DNA of 64,000 nt from Camelus dromedarius. Lineage: Eukaryota. Positions 1 through 11,880 of the stretch are shown in pieces. Every line of letters begins with the position of its first letter. Position 1 is the first letter of the stretch. The stretch lies in contig NC_087436.1 in assembly GCF_036321535.1 (NCBI RefSeq), positions 3,720,001-3,784,000 on the forward strand, written 5' to 3'. The notes beneath the pieces were generated by a model that worked only from the letters and a program-made list of their open reading frames with translations, was not told the DNA's origin and made no database searches. Made by a program: the position numbers and the translations under genes.

Positions 1-1439
1 CCTAGTGCCGGTTTGAAGTTCCTGCAGTTTTCACTGTAAAAACTAGTTGGAGCTAGTACCTCCCCCTATATATGTATGGAGTGGAGTTTGCAAATGAAAA
101 GAAACTTTGTGTTCCCAACAACATAGGTGAAGTACGGCTTTCGCACACTAATATCTCTCAGAACTGAGCATGTGGAGAGACGTTCGTTCATCTAGCACAA
201 ATGGAACGGGTTGCAGGAGAAACTTTTACACTGGTTTCTCACTCAGTTTCCTAGTGCCGGTTTGAAGTTCCTCCAGTTTTCACTGTAAAACAGAGTTGGA
301 GCTAGTACCTCCCCTTATATATGTATGGAGTGGTGTTTGCAACTAAAAAGATACTTTGTGTTCCCAACAAGCTAGTTAAAGGACGGCTTTCACCCACACA
401 TATATCTCAGAACTGAGCATGTGGAGAGACGTTCGTTCATCTAGCACAAATGGAACTAGTTGCAGGAGATAACTTTTACTCTGTTTTCTCAGTCTGTTTC
501 TTAGTGCCGGTTTGAAATTCCTGCAGTTTTCACTGTAAAACCGAGTTGGAGCTAGTACATCCCCTTAAATATGTATGGAGTGTTGTTTGCAAGTGAACAG
601 AAACTTTGTTTTCCCAAAAAGCTAGGTGAAGGACGGCTTTCACACACACTTATCACTCAGAACTGAGCATGTGCAGAGACGTTCGTTCATCTAGCACAAA
701 AGGAACGGGTTGCAGGAGAAAATTTTACTCTGGTTTCTCAGTATGTTTCCTAGTGCCGGTTTGAAGTTCCTGCAGTTTACACTGTAAAACGCAGTTGGAG
801 ATATTACCTCCCCTTATATATGTATGGAGTGGAGTTTGCAAGTGAAAAGAAACTTTGTGTTCCCAACAAGCTAGGTGAAGGACGGCTTTCACACACAATT
901 ATCTCTCAGAATGAGCATGTGGAGAGACGTTCGTTCATCTAGCACAAATGGAACGGGTTGCAGGGGAAACTTTTCCTCTGGTTTCTCAGTCTGTTTCCTA
1001 GTGCCGGTTTGATGTTCCTGCAGTTTTCACTGTAAAACCGAGTTGGAGCTAGTACCTCCCCATATATATGTATGGAGTGGAGATTGCAACTGAAAAGAAA
1101 CTTTGTGTTCCCAACAAGCTAGGTGAAGGACGGCTTTCACACACACTTATATCTCAGAACTGAGCATGTGGAGAGACGTTCGTTCATATAGCACAAAGGG
1201 AAAGGGTTGCAGCAGAAACTTTAACTCTGCTTTCTCAGTCTGTTTCCTAGTGCCGGTTTGAAGTTCCTGCAGTTTTCACAGTAAACCCGAGTTGGAGCTA
1301 GTACCTCGCCATATATATGTATGGAGAGGAGTTTGCAAGTAAAAAGAATGTTTGTGTTCCCAACAAGCTACGTGAAGGACGGCTTTCACACACACTTATC
1401 TCTCAGAACTGAGCATGTGGAGAGACGTTCGTTCATCTA

Positions 1440-4400
1440 GCACAAAGGGAAAGGGTTGCAGCAGAAACTTTTACTCTGTTTTCTCAGTCTTTTTCCTAGT
1501 GCCGGTTTGAAGTTCCTGCAGTTTTCACTGTAAAACCGAGTTGGAGCTAGTACCTCCCCATATATATGTATGGAGTGGAATTTGCAAGTGAAAAGGAATT
1601 TTGTGTTCCCAACAAGCTAGGTGAAGGACGGTTTCACACACACTTATCTCTCAGAAATGAGCATTTGGAGAGACGTTCGTTCATCTAGCACAAAGGGAAC
1701 GGGTTGCAGGAGTAACTTTTACTCTGGTTTCTCAGTCTGTTTCCTAGTGCCGGTTTGAAGTTCCTGAATTTTTCACTGTAAAACCGAGTTGGAGCTAGTA
1801 CCTCCCCATATATATGTATGGAGTGGAGTTTGCATCTGAAAAGTAACTTTGTGTTTCCAACAAGCTAGGTGAAGGACGGCATTCACACACACTTATCTCT
1901 CAGAACTGAGCATGTGGAGAGACGTTCGTTCATCTAGCACAAAGGGAACGGGATGCAGGAGAAACATTTACTCAGGTTTCTCAGTCTGTTTCCTAGTGCC
2001 GGTTTGAAGTTCCTGCAGTTTTCACTGTAAAACCGAGTTAGAGCTTGTACCTCCCCATATATATGTATGGAGTGGTGTTTGCAACTAAAAAGAATCTTGT
2101 GTTCCCAACAAGCTAGTTGAAGGACGGCTTTCACACACACGTATCTCTCAGAACTGAGCATGTGGAGAAACGTTCGTTCATCTAGCACAAACTGAAAGGG
2201 TTGCAGCAGAAACTTATACCATGGTTTCTCAGACTTTTTCCTAGTGCCGGTTTGAATTTCCTGCAGTTTTCACTGTAAAACCGAGTTGGTGCTAGTACAT
2301 CCCCTTAAATATGTATGGAGTGGTGTTTGCAAGTGAACAGAAACTTTGTTTTCCCAAAAAGCTAGGTGAAGGACGGCTTTCACACACACTTATCACTCAG
2401 AACTTAGCATGTGGAGAGACGTTCGTTCATCTAGCACAAAAGGAACGGGTTGCAGGAGAAAATTTTACTCTGGTTTCTCAGTATGTTTCCCAGTGCCGGT
2501 TTGAAGTTCCTGCAATTTACACTGTAAAACGCAGTTGGAGATATTACCTCCCCATATATATGTATGGAGTGGAGTTTGCAAGTGAAAAGAAACTTTGTGT
2601 TCCCAACAAGCTAGGTGAAGGACGGCTTTCACACACAATTATCTCTCAGAATGAGCATGTGGAGAGACGTTCGTTCATCTAGCACAAATGGAACGGGTTG
2701 CAGGGGAAACTTTTCCTCTGGTTTCTCAGTCTGTTTCCTAGTGCCGGTTTGATGTTCCTGCAGTTTTCACTGTAAAACCGTGTTGGAGCTAGTACCTCCC
2801 CATATATATGTATGGAGTGGAGATTGCAACTGAAGAATCTTTGTGTTCCCAACAAGCTAGGTGAAGGACGGCTTTCACACACACTTATCTCTCAGAACTG
2901 AGCATGTGGAGAGACGTTCGTTCATCTAGCACAAAGGGAAAGGGTTGCAGCAGAAACTTTTACTCTGTTTTCTCAGTCTTTTTCCTAGTGCCGGTTTGAA
3001 GTTCCTGCAGTTTTCACTGTAAAACCGAGTTGGAGCTAGTACCTCCCCATATATATGTATGGAGTGGAATTTGGAAGTGAAAAGGAATTTTTTGTTCCCA
3101 ACAAGCTAGGTGAAGGACGGTTTCACACACACTTATCTCTCAGAAATGAGCATTTGGAGAGACGTTCGTTCATCTAGCACAAAGGGAACGGGTTGCAGGA
3201 GAAACTTTTACTCTGGTTTCTCAGTCTGTTTCCTAGTGCCGGTTTGAATTTCCTGAAGTTTTCACTGTAAAACCGAGTTGGAGCTAGTACCTCCCCATAT
3301 ATATGTATGGAGTGGAGTTTGCATCTGAAAAGTAACTTTGTGTTTCCAACAAGCTAGGTGAAGGACGGCATTCACACACACTTATCTCTCAGAACTGAGC
3401 ATGTGGAGAGACGTTCGTTCATCTAGCACAAATGGAACGGGATGCAGGAGAAACATTTACTCAGGTTTCTCAGTCTGTTTCCTAGTGCCGGTTTGAAGTT
3501 CCTGCAGTTTTCACTGTAAAACCGAGTTAGAGCTTGTACCTCCCCATATATATGTATGGAGTGGTGTTTGCAACTAAAAAGAATCTTGTGTTCCCAACAA
3601 GCTAGTTGAAGGACGGCTTTCACACACACATATCTCTCAGAACTGAGCATGTGGAGAAACGTTCGTTCATCTAGCACAAACTGAAAGGGTTGCAGCAGAA
3701 ACTTATACCATGGTTTCTCAGTCTTTTTCCTAGTGCCGGTTTGAATTTCCTGCAGTTTTCACTGTAAAACCGAGTTGGAGCTAGTACATCCCCTTAAATA
3801 TGTATGGAGTGGTGTTTGCAAGTGAACAGAAGCTTTGTTTTCCCAAAAAGCTAGGTGAAGGACGGCTTTCACACACACTTATCACTCAGAACTGAGCATG
3901 TGGAGAGACGTTCGTTCATCTAGCACAAAAGGAACGGGTTGCAGGAGAAAATTTTACTGTGGTTTCTCAGTATGTTTCCTAGTGCCGGTTTGAAGTTCCT
4001 GCAGTTTACACTGTAAAACGCAGTTGGAGATATTACCTCCCCATATATATGTATGGAGTGGAGTTTGCAAGTGAAAAGAAACTTTGTGTTCCCAACAAGC
4101 TAGGTGAAGGACGGCTTTCACACACAATTATCTCTCAGAATGAGCATGTGGAGAGACGTTCGTTCATCTAGCACAAATGGAACGGGTTGCAGGGGAAACT
4201 TTTCCTCTGGTTTCTCAGTCTGTTTCCTAGTGCCGGTTTGATGTTCCTGCAGTTTTCACTGTAAAACCGTGTTGGAGCCAGTACCTCCCCATATATATGT
4301 ATGGAGTGGAGATTGCAACTGAAGAATCTTTGTGTTCCCAACAAGCTAGGTGAAGGACGGCTTTCACACACACTTATCTCTCAGAACTGAGCATGTGGAG

Positions 4401-4530
4401 AGACGTTCGTTCATCTAGCACAAACGGAAAGGGTTGCAGCAGAAACTTTTACTCTGTTTTCTCAGTCTTTTTCCTAGTGCCGGTTTGAAGTTCCTGCAGT
4501 TTTCACTGTAAAACCGAGTTGGAGCTAGTA
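1440..4530. repeat. Local 6-monomer HOR (1489 bp), ~2 copies, order G-H-I-C-D-E
   Basis: Subtype starts at 1495/2984 and 1743/3232, and spurious ORF pairs at 1934/3423 and 2679/4168, are all offset by 1489 bp. Confidence 0.9.
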
Positions 4531-7500
4531 CATCCCCTTAAATATGTATGGAGTGGTGTTTGCAAGTGAACAGAAGCTTTGTTTTCCCAAAAAGCTAGGT
4601 GAAGGACGGCTTTCACACACACTTATCACTCAGAACTGAGCATGTGGAGAGACGTTCGTTCATCTAGCACAAAAGGAACGGGTTGCAGGAGAAAATTTTA
4701 CTCTGGTTTCTCAGTATGTTTCCTAGTGCCGGTTTGAAGTTCCTGCAGTTTACACTGTAAAACGCAGTTGGAGATATTACCTCCCCATATATATGTATGG
4801 AGTGGAGTTTGCAAGTGAAAAGAAACTTTGTGTTCCCAACAAGCTAGGTGAAGGACGGCTTTCACACACACTTATCTCTCAGAACTGAGCATGTGGAGAG
4901 ACGTTCGTTCATCTAGCACAAAGGGAAAGGGTTGCAGCAGAAACTTTTACTCTGTTTTCTCAGTCTTTTTCCTAGTGCCGGTTTGAAGTTCCTGCAGTTT
5001 TCACTGTAAAACCGAGTTGGAGCTAGTACCTCCCCATATATATGTATGGAGTGGAATTTGCAAGTGAAAAGGAATTTTGTGTTCCCAACAAGCTAGGTGA
5101 AGGCGGTTTCACACACACTTATCTCTCAGAAATGAGCATTTGGAGAGACGTTCGTTCATCTAGCACAAAGGGAACGGGTTGCAGGAGAAACTTTTACTCT
5201 GGTTTCTCAGTCTGTTTCCTAGTGCCGGTTTGAAGTTCCTGAAGTTTTCACTGTAAAACCGAGTTGGAGCTAGTACCTCCCCATATATATGTATGGAGTG
5301 GAGTTTGCATCTGAAAAGTAACTTTGTGTTTCCAACAAGCTAGGTGAAGGACGGCATTCACACACACTTATCTCTCAGAACTGAGCATGTGGAGAGACGT
5401 TCGTTCATCTAGCACAAAGGGAACGGGATGCAGGAGAAACATTTACTCAGGTTTCTCAGTCTGTTTCCTAGTGCCGGTTTGAAGTTCCTGCAGTTTTCAC
5501 TGTAAAACCGAGTTAGAGCTTGTACCTCCCCATATATATGTATGGAGTGGTGTTTGCAACTAAAAAGAATCTTGTGTTCCCAAAAAGCTAGGTGAAGGAC
5601 GGCTTTCACACACACATATCACTCAGAACTGAGCATGTGGAGAGACGTTCGTTCATCTAGCACAAAAGGAACGGGTTGCAGGAGAAAATTTTACTCTGGT
5701 TTCTCAGTATGTTTCCTAGTGCCGGTTTGAAGTTCCTGCAGTTTACACTGTAAAACGCAGTTGGAGATATTACCTCCCCATATATATGTATGGAATGGAG
5801 TTTGCAAGTGAAAAGAAACTTTGTGTTCCCAACAAGCTAGGTGAAGGACGGCTTTCACACACAATTATCTCTCAGAATGAGCATGTGGAGAGACGTTCGT
5901 TCATCTAGCACAAATGGAACGGGTTGCAGGGGAAACTTTTCCTCTGGTTTCTCAGTCTGTTTCCTAGTGCCGGTTTGATGTTCCTGCAGTTTTCACTGTA
6001 AAACCGTGTTGGAGCTAGTACTTCCCCATATATATGTATGGAGTGGAGATTGCAACTGAAGAATCTTTGTGTTCCCAACAAGCTAGGTGAAGGACGGCTT
6101 TCACACACACTTATCTCTCAGAACTGAGCATGTGGAGAGACGTTCGTTCATCTAGCACAAAGGGAAAGGGTTGCAGCAGAAACTTTTACTCTGTTTTCTC
6201 AGTCTTTTTCCTAGTGCCGGTTTGAAGTTCCTGCAGTTTTCACTGTAAAACCGAGTTGGAGCTAGTACCTCCCCATATATATGTATGGAGTGGAATTTGC
6301 AAGTGAAAAGGAATTTTGTGTTCCCAACAAGCTAGGTGAAGGACGGTTTCACACACACTTATCTCTCAGAAATGAGCATTTGGAGAGACGTTCGTTCATC
6401 TAGCACAAAGGGAACGGGTTGCAGGAGAAACTTTTACTCTGGTTTCTCAGTCTGTTTCCTAGTGCCGGTTTGAAGTTCCTGAAGTTTTCACTGTAAAACC
6501 GAGTTGGAGCTAGTACCTCCCCATATATATGTATGGAGTGGAGTTTGCATCTGAAAAGTAACTTTGTGTTTCCAACAAGCTAGGTGAAGGACGGCATTCA
6601 CACACACTTATCTCTCAGAACTGAGCATGTGGAGAGACGTTCGTTCATCTAGCACAAAGGGAACGGGATGCAGGAGAAACATTTACTCAGGTTTCTCAGT
6701 CTGTTTCCTAGTGCCGGTTTGAAGTTCCTGCAGTTTTCACTGTAAAAACGATTTAGAGCTTGTACCTCCCCATATATATGTATGGAGTGGTGTTTGCAAC
6801 TAAAAAGAATCTTGGTGTTCCCAACAAGCTAGTTGAAGGACGGCTTTCACACACACATATCTCTCAGAACTGAGCATGTGGAGAAACGTTCGTTCATCTA
6901 GCACAAACGGAAAGGGTTGCAGCAGAAACTTATACCATGGTTTCTCAGTCTTTTTCCTAGTGCCGGTTTGAATTTCCTGCAGTTTTCACTGTAAAACCGA
7001 GTTGGAGCTAGTACCTCCCCATATATATGTATGGAGTGGAATTGGCAACTGAAAAGAAACTTTGCGTTCCCAACAAGCTAGGTGAAGGACGGCTTTCACA
7101 CACACTTATCTCTCAGAACTGAGCATGTGGAGAGACGTTCGTTCATCTAGCACAAATGGAAAGGGTTGAAGGAGAAACTTTTACTCTGGTTTCTCAGTCT
7201 GTTTCCTAGTGCCGGTATGAAGTTCCTAAAACTTTCACTGTAAAACAGAGTTGGAGCTAGAACCTCCACATATATAGGTATGGAGTGGAGTTTGCAACTG
7301 AAAAGAAACTTTGTGTTCCCAACAAGCTAGGTGAAGGACGGCTTTCACACACACTTATCTCTCAGAACTGAGCATGTGGAGAGACGTTCGTTCATCTAGC
7401 ACAAAAGGAAAGGTTTGCAGCAGAAACTTTTACTCTGGTTTCTCAGTCTGTTTCCTAGTGCCGGTTTGAAGTTCCTGCAGTTTTCATTGTAAAACAGATT

Positions 7501-10500
7501 TGGAGCTAGGACCTCCCATTATATATGTATGGAGTGGAGTTTGCAACTGAAAAGAAACTTTGTGTTCCCAACAAGCAAGGTGAAAGACGGCTTTCACTCA
7601 CACTTAACTCTCAGAACTGAGCATGTGGATAGACGTTCGTTCATCTACCACAAAGGGAACGGGTTGCAGGGGAAACTTTTTCTCTGGTTTCTGATTCTGT
7701 TTCCTAGTGCCGCTTTGAAGTTCCTGAAGTTTTCACTGAAAAACCGAGTTTTATCTAGTACCTCGCCATATATATGTATGGAGTGGAGTTTGCAAGTGAA
7801 AAGAAACTTTGTGTTCCCAACAAGCTAGGTGAAGGACGGCTTCCACTCACACTTATCTCTCAGAACTGAGCATGTGGAGAGACGTTCGTTCATCTAGCAC
7901 AAATGGAACGGGTTGCAGGGGAAACTTTTCCTCTGGTTTCTCAGTCTGTTTCCTAGTGCCGGTTTGATGTTCCTGCAGTTTTCACTGTAAAACCGTGTTG
8001 GAGCCAGTACCTCCCCATATATATGTATGGAGTGGAGATTGCAACTGAAGAATCTTTGTGTTCCCAACAAGCTAGGTGAAGGACGGCTTTCACACACACT
8101 TATCTCTCAGAACTGAGCATGTGGAGAGACGTTCGTTCATCTAGCACAAAGGGAAAGGGTTGCAGCAGAAACTTTTACTCTGTTTTCTCAGTCTTTTTCC
8201 TAGTGCCGGTTTGAAGTTCCTGCAGTTTTCACTGTAAAACCGAGTTGGAGCTAGTACATCCCCTTAAATATGTATGGAGTGGTGTTTGCAAGTGAACAGA
8301 AGCTTTGTTTTCCCAAAAAGCTAGGTGAAGGACGGCTTTCACACACACTTATCACTCAGAACTGAGCATGTGGAGAGACGTTCGTTCATCTAGCACAAAA
8401 GGAACGGGTTGCAGGAGAAAATTTTACTCTGGTTTCTCAGTATGTTTCCTAGTGCCGGTTTGAAGTTCCTGCAGTTTACACTGTAAAACGCAGTTGGAGA
8501 TATTACCTCCCCATATATATGTATGGAGTGGAGTTTGCAAGTGAAAAGAAACTTTGTGTTCCCAACAAGCTAGGTGAAGGACGGCTTTCACACACACTTA
8601 TCTCTCAGAACTGAGCATGTGGAGAGACGTTCGTTCATCTAGCACAAAGGGAAAGGGTTGCAGCAGAAACTTTTACTCTGTTTTCTCAGTCTTTTTCCTA
8701 GTGCCGGTTTGAAGTTCCTGCAGTTTTCACTGTAAAACCGAGTTGGAGCTAGTACCTCCCCATATATATGTATGGAGTGGAATTTGCAAGTGAAAAGGAA
8801 TTTTGTGTTCCCAACAAGCTAGGTGAAGGCGGTTTCACACACACTTATCTCTCAGAAATGAGCATTTGGAGAGACGTTCGTTCATCTAGCACAAAGGGAA
8901 CGGGTTGCAGGAGAAACTTTTACTCTGGTTTCTCAGTCTGTTTCCTAGTGCCGGTTTGAAGTTCCTGAAGTTTTCACTGTAAAACCGAGTTGGAGCTAGT
9001 ACCTCCCCATATATATGTATGGAGTGGAGTTTGCATCTGAAAAGTAACTTTGTGTTTCCAACAAGCTAGGTGAAGGACGGCATTCACACACACTTATCTC
9101 TCAGAACTGAGCATGTGGAGAGACGTTCGTTCATCTAGCACAAAGGGAACGGGATGCAGGAGAAACATTTACTCAGGTTTCTCAGTCTGTTTCCTAGTGC
9201 CGGTTTGAAGTTCCTGCAGTTTTCACTGTAAAACCGAGTTAGAGCTTGTACCTCCCCATATATATGTATGGAGTGGTGTTTGCAACTAAAAAGAATCTTG
9301 TGTTCCCAACAAGCTAGTTGAAGGACGGCTTTCACACACACATATCTCTCAGAACTGAGCATGTGGAGAAACGTTCGTTCATCTAGCACAAACTGAAAGG
9401 GTTGCAGCAGAAACTTATACCATGGTTTCTCAGTCTTTTTCCTAGTGCCGGTTTGAATTTCCTGCAGTTTTCACTGTAAAACCGAGTTGGAGCTAGTACA
9501 TCCCCTTAAATATGTATGGAGTGGTGTTTGCAAGTGAACAGAAACTTTGTTTTCCCAAAAAGCTAGGTGAAGGACGGCTTTCACACACACTTATCACTCA
9601 GAACTGAGCATGTGGAGAGACGTTCGTTCATCTAGCACAAAAGGAACGGGTTGCAGGAGAAAATTTTACTCTGGTTTCTCAGTATGTTTCCTAGTGCCGG
9701 TTTGAAGTTCCTGCAGTTTACACTGTAAAACGCAGTTGGAGATATTACCTCCCCATATATATGTATGGAGTGGAGTTTGCAAGTGAAAAGAAACTTTGTG
9801 TTCCCAACAAGCTAGGTGAAGGACGGCTTTCACACACAATTATCTCTCAGAATGAGCATGTGGAGAGACGTTCGTTCATCTAGCACAAATGGAACGGGTT
9901 GCAGGGGAAACTTTTCCTCTGGTTTCTCAGTCTGTTTCCTAGTGCCGGTTTGATGTTCCTGCAGTTTTCACTGTAAAACCGTGTTGGAGCTAGTACTTCC
10001 CCATATATATGTATGGAGTGGAGATTGCAACTGAAGAATCTTTGTGTTCCCAACAAGCTAGGTGAAGGACGGCTTTCACACACACTTATCTCTCAGAACT
10101 GAGCATGTGGAGAGACGTTCGTTCATCTAGCACAAAGGGAAAGGGTTGCAGCAGAAACTTTTACTCTGTTTTCTCAGTCTTTTTCCTAGTGCCGGTTTGA
10201 AGTTCCTGCAGTTTTCACTGTAAAACCGAGTTGGAGCTAGTACCTCCCCATATATATGTATGGAGTGGAATTTGCAAGTGAAAAGGAATTTTGTGTTCCC
10301 AACAAGCTAGGTGAAGGACGGTTTCACACACACTTATCTCTCAGAAATGAGCATTTGGAGAGACGTTCGTTCATCTAGCACAAAGGGAACGGGTTGCAGG
10401 AGAAACTTTTACTCTGGTTTCTCAGTCTGTTTCCTAGTGCCGGTTTGAAGTTCCTGAAGTTTTCACTGTAAAACCGAGTTGGAGCTAGTACCTCCCCATA

Positions 10501-11880
10501 TATATGTATGGAGTGGAGTTTGCATCTGAAAAGTAACTTTGTGTTTCCAACAAGCTAGGTGAAGGACGGCATTCACACACACTTATCTCTCAGAACTGAG
10601 CATGTGGAGAGACGTTCGTTCATCTAGCACAAAGGGAACGGGATGCAGGAGAAACATTTACTCAGGTTTCTCAGTCTGTTTCCTAGTGCCGGTTTGAAGT
10701 TCCTGCAGTTTTCACTGTAAAAACGATTTAGAGCTTGTACCTCCCCATATATATGTATGGAGTGGTGTTTGCAACTAAAAAGAATCTTGGTGTTCCCAAC
10801 AAGCTAGTTGAAGGACGGCTTTCACACACACATATCTCTCAGAACTGAGCATGTGGAGAAACGTTCGTTCATCTAGCACAAACGGAAAGGGTTGCAGCAG
10901 AAACTTATACCATGGTTTCTCAGTCTTTTTCCTAGTGCCGGTTTGAATTTCCTGCAGTTTTCACTGTAAAACCGAGTTGGAGCTAGTACCTCCCCATATA
11001 TATGTATGGAGTGGAATTGGCAACTGAAAAGAAACTTTGCGTTCCCAACAAGCTAGGTGAAGGACGGCTTTCACACACACTTATCTCTCAGAACTGAGCA
11101 TGTGGAGAGACGTTCGTTCATCTAGCACAAATGGAAAGGGTTGAAGGAGAAACTTTTACTCTGGTTTCTCAGTCTGTTTCCTAGTGCCGGTATGAAGTTC
11201 CTAAAACTTTCACTGTAAAACAGAGTTGGAGCTAGAACCTCCACATATATAGGTATGGAGTGGAGTTTGCAACTGAAAAGAAACTTTGTGTTCCCAACAA
11301 GCTAGGTGAAGGACGGCTTTCACACACACTTATCTCTCAGAACTGAGCATGTGGAGAGACGTTCGTTCATCTAGCACAAAAGGAAAGGTTTGCAGCAGAA
11401 ACTTTTACTCTGGTTTCTCAGTCTGTTTCCTAGTGCCGGTTTGAAGTTCCTGCAGTTTTCATTGTAAAACAGATTTGGAGCTAGGACCTCCCATTATATA
11501 TGTATGGAGTGGAGTTTGCAACTGAAAAGAAACTTTGTGTTCCCAACAAGCAAGGTGAAAGACGGCTTTCACTCACACTTAACTCTCAGAACTGAGCATG
11601 TGGATAGACGTTCGTTCATCTACCACAAAGGGAACGGGTTGCAGGGGAAACTTTTTCTCTGGTTTCTGAGTCTGTTTCCTAGTGCCGCTTTGAAGTTCCT
11701 GAAGTTTTCACTGAAAAACCGAGTTTTATCTAGTACCTCGCCATATATATGTATGGAGTGGAGTTTGCAAGTGAAAAGAAACTTTGTGTTCCCAACAAGC
11801 TAGGTGAAGGACGGCTTCCACTCACACTTATCTCTCAGAACTGAGCATGTGGAGAGACGTTCGTTCATCTAGCACAAATG
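4150..11880. repeat. Tandem duplication with a 15-monomer copy followed by a 16-monomer copy
   Basis: Offsets are 3726 bp (4168/7894, 5042/8768, 5409/9135; private SNP ggagccagt near 4279/8005) and then 3975 bp (5905/9880, 7529/11504). The first copy has an I/C fusion monomer at ~5467-5714. Confidence 0.88.

Noticed and set aside
61..160. (TA)n or TATA-like and (CA)n tracts as promoter or microsatellite
   Set aside because: These are only 4-5 dinucleotide units and are fixed parts of the monomer, with no downstream gene.
183..210. Functional canonical CENP-B box
   Set aside because: The TTCG-to-CGGG spacing is 20 nt, not 7. It is reported only as a split-motif finding.
86..228. Ancient ~120-bp dimeric substructure (ttgca...agaaacttt occurs twice per monomer)
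   Set aside because: The similarity is limited to short motifs with inconsistent spacing, and it cannot be supported without alignment statistics.
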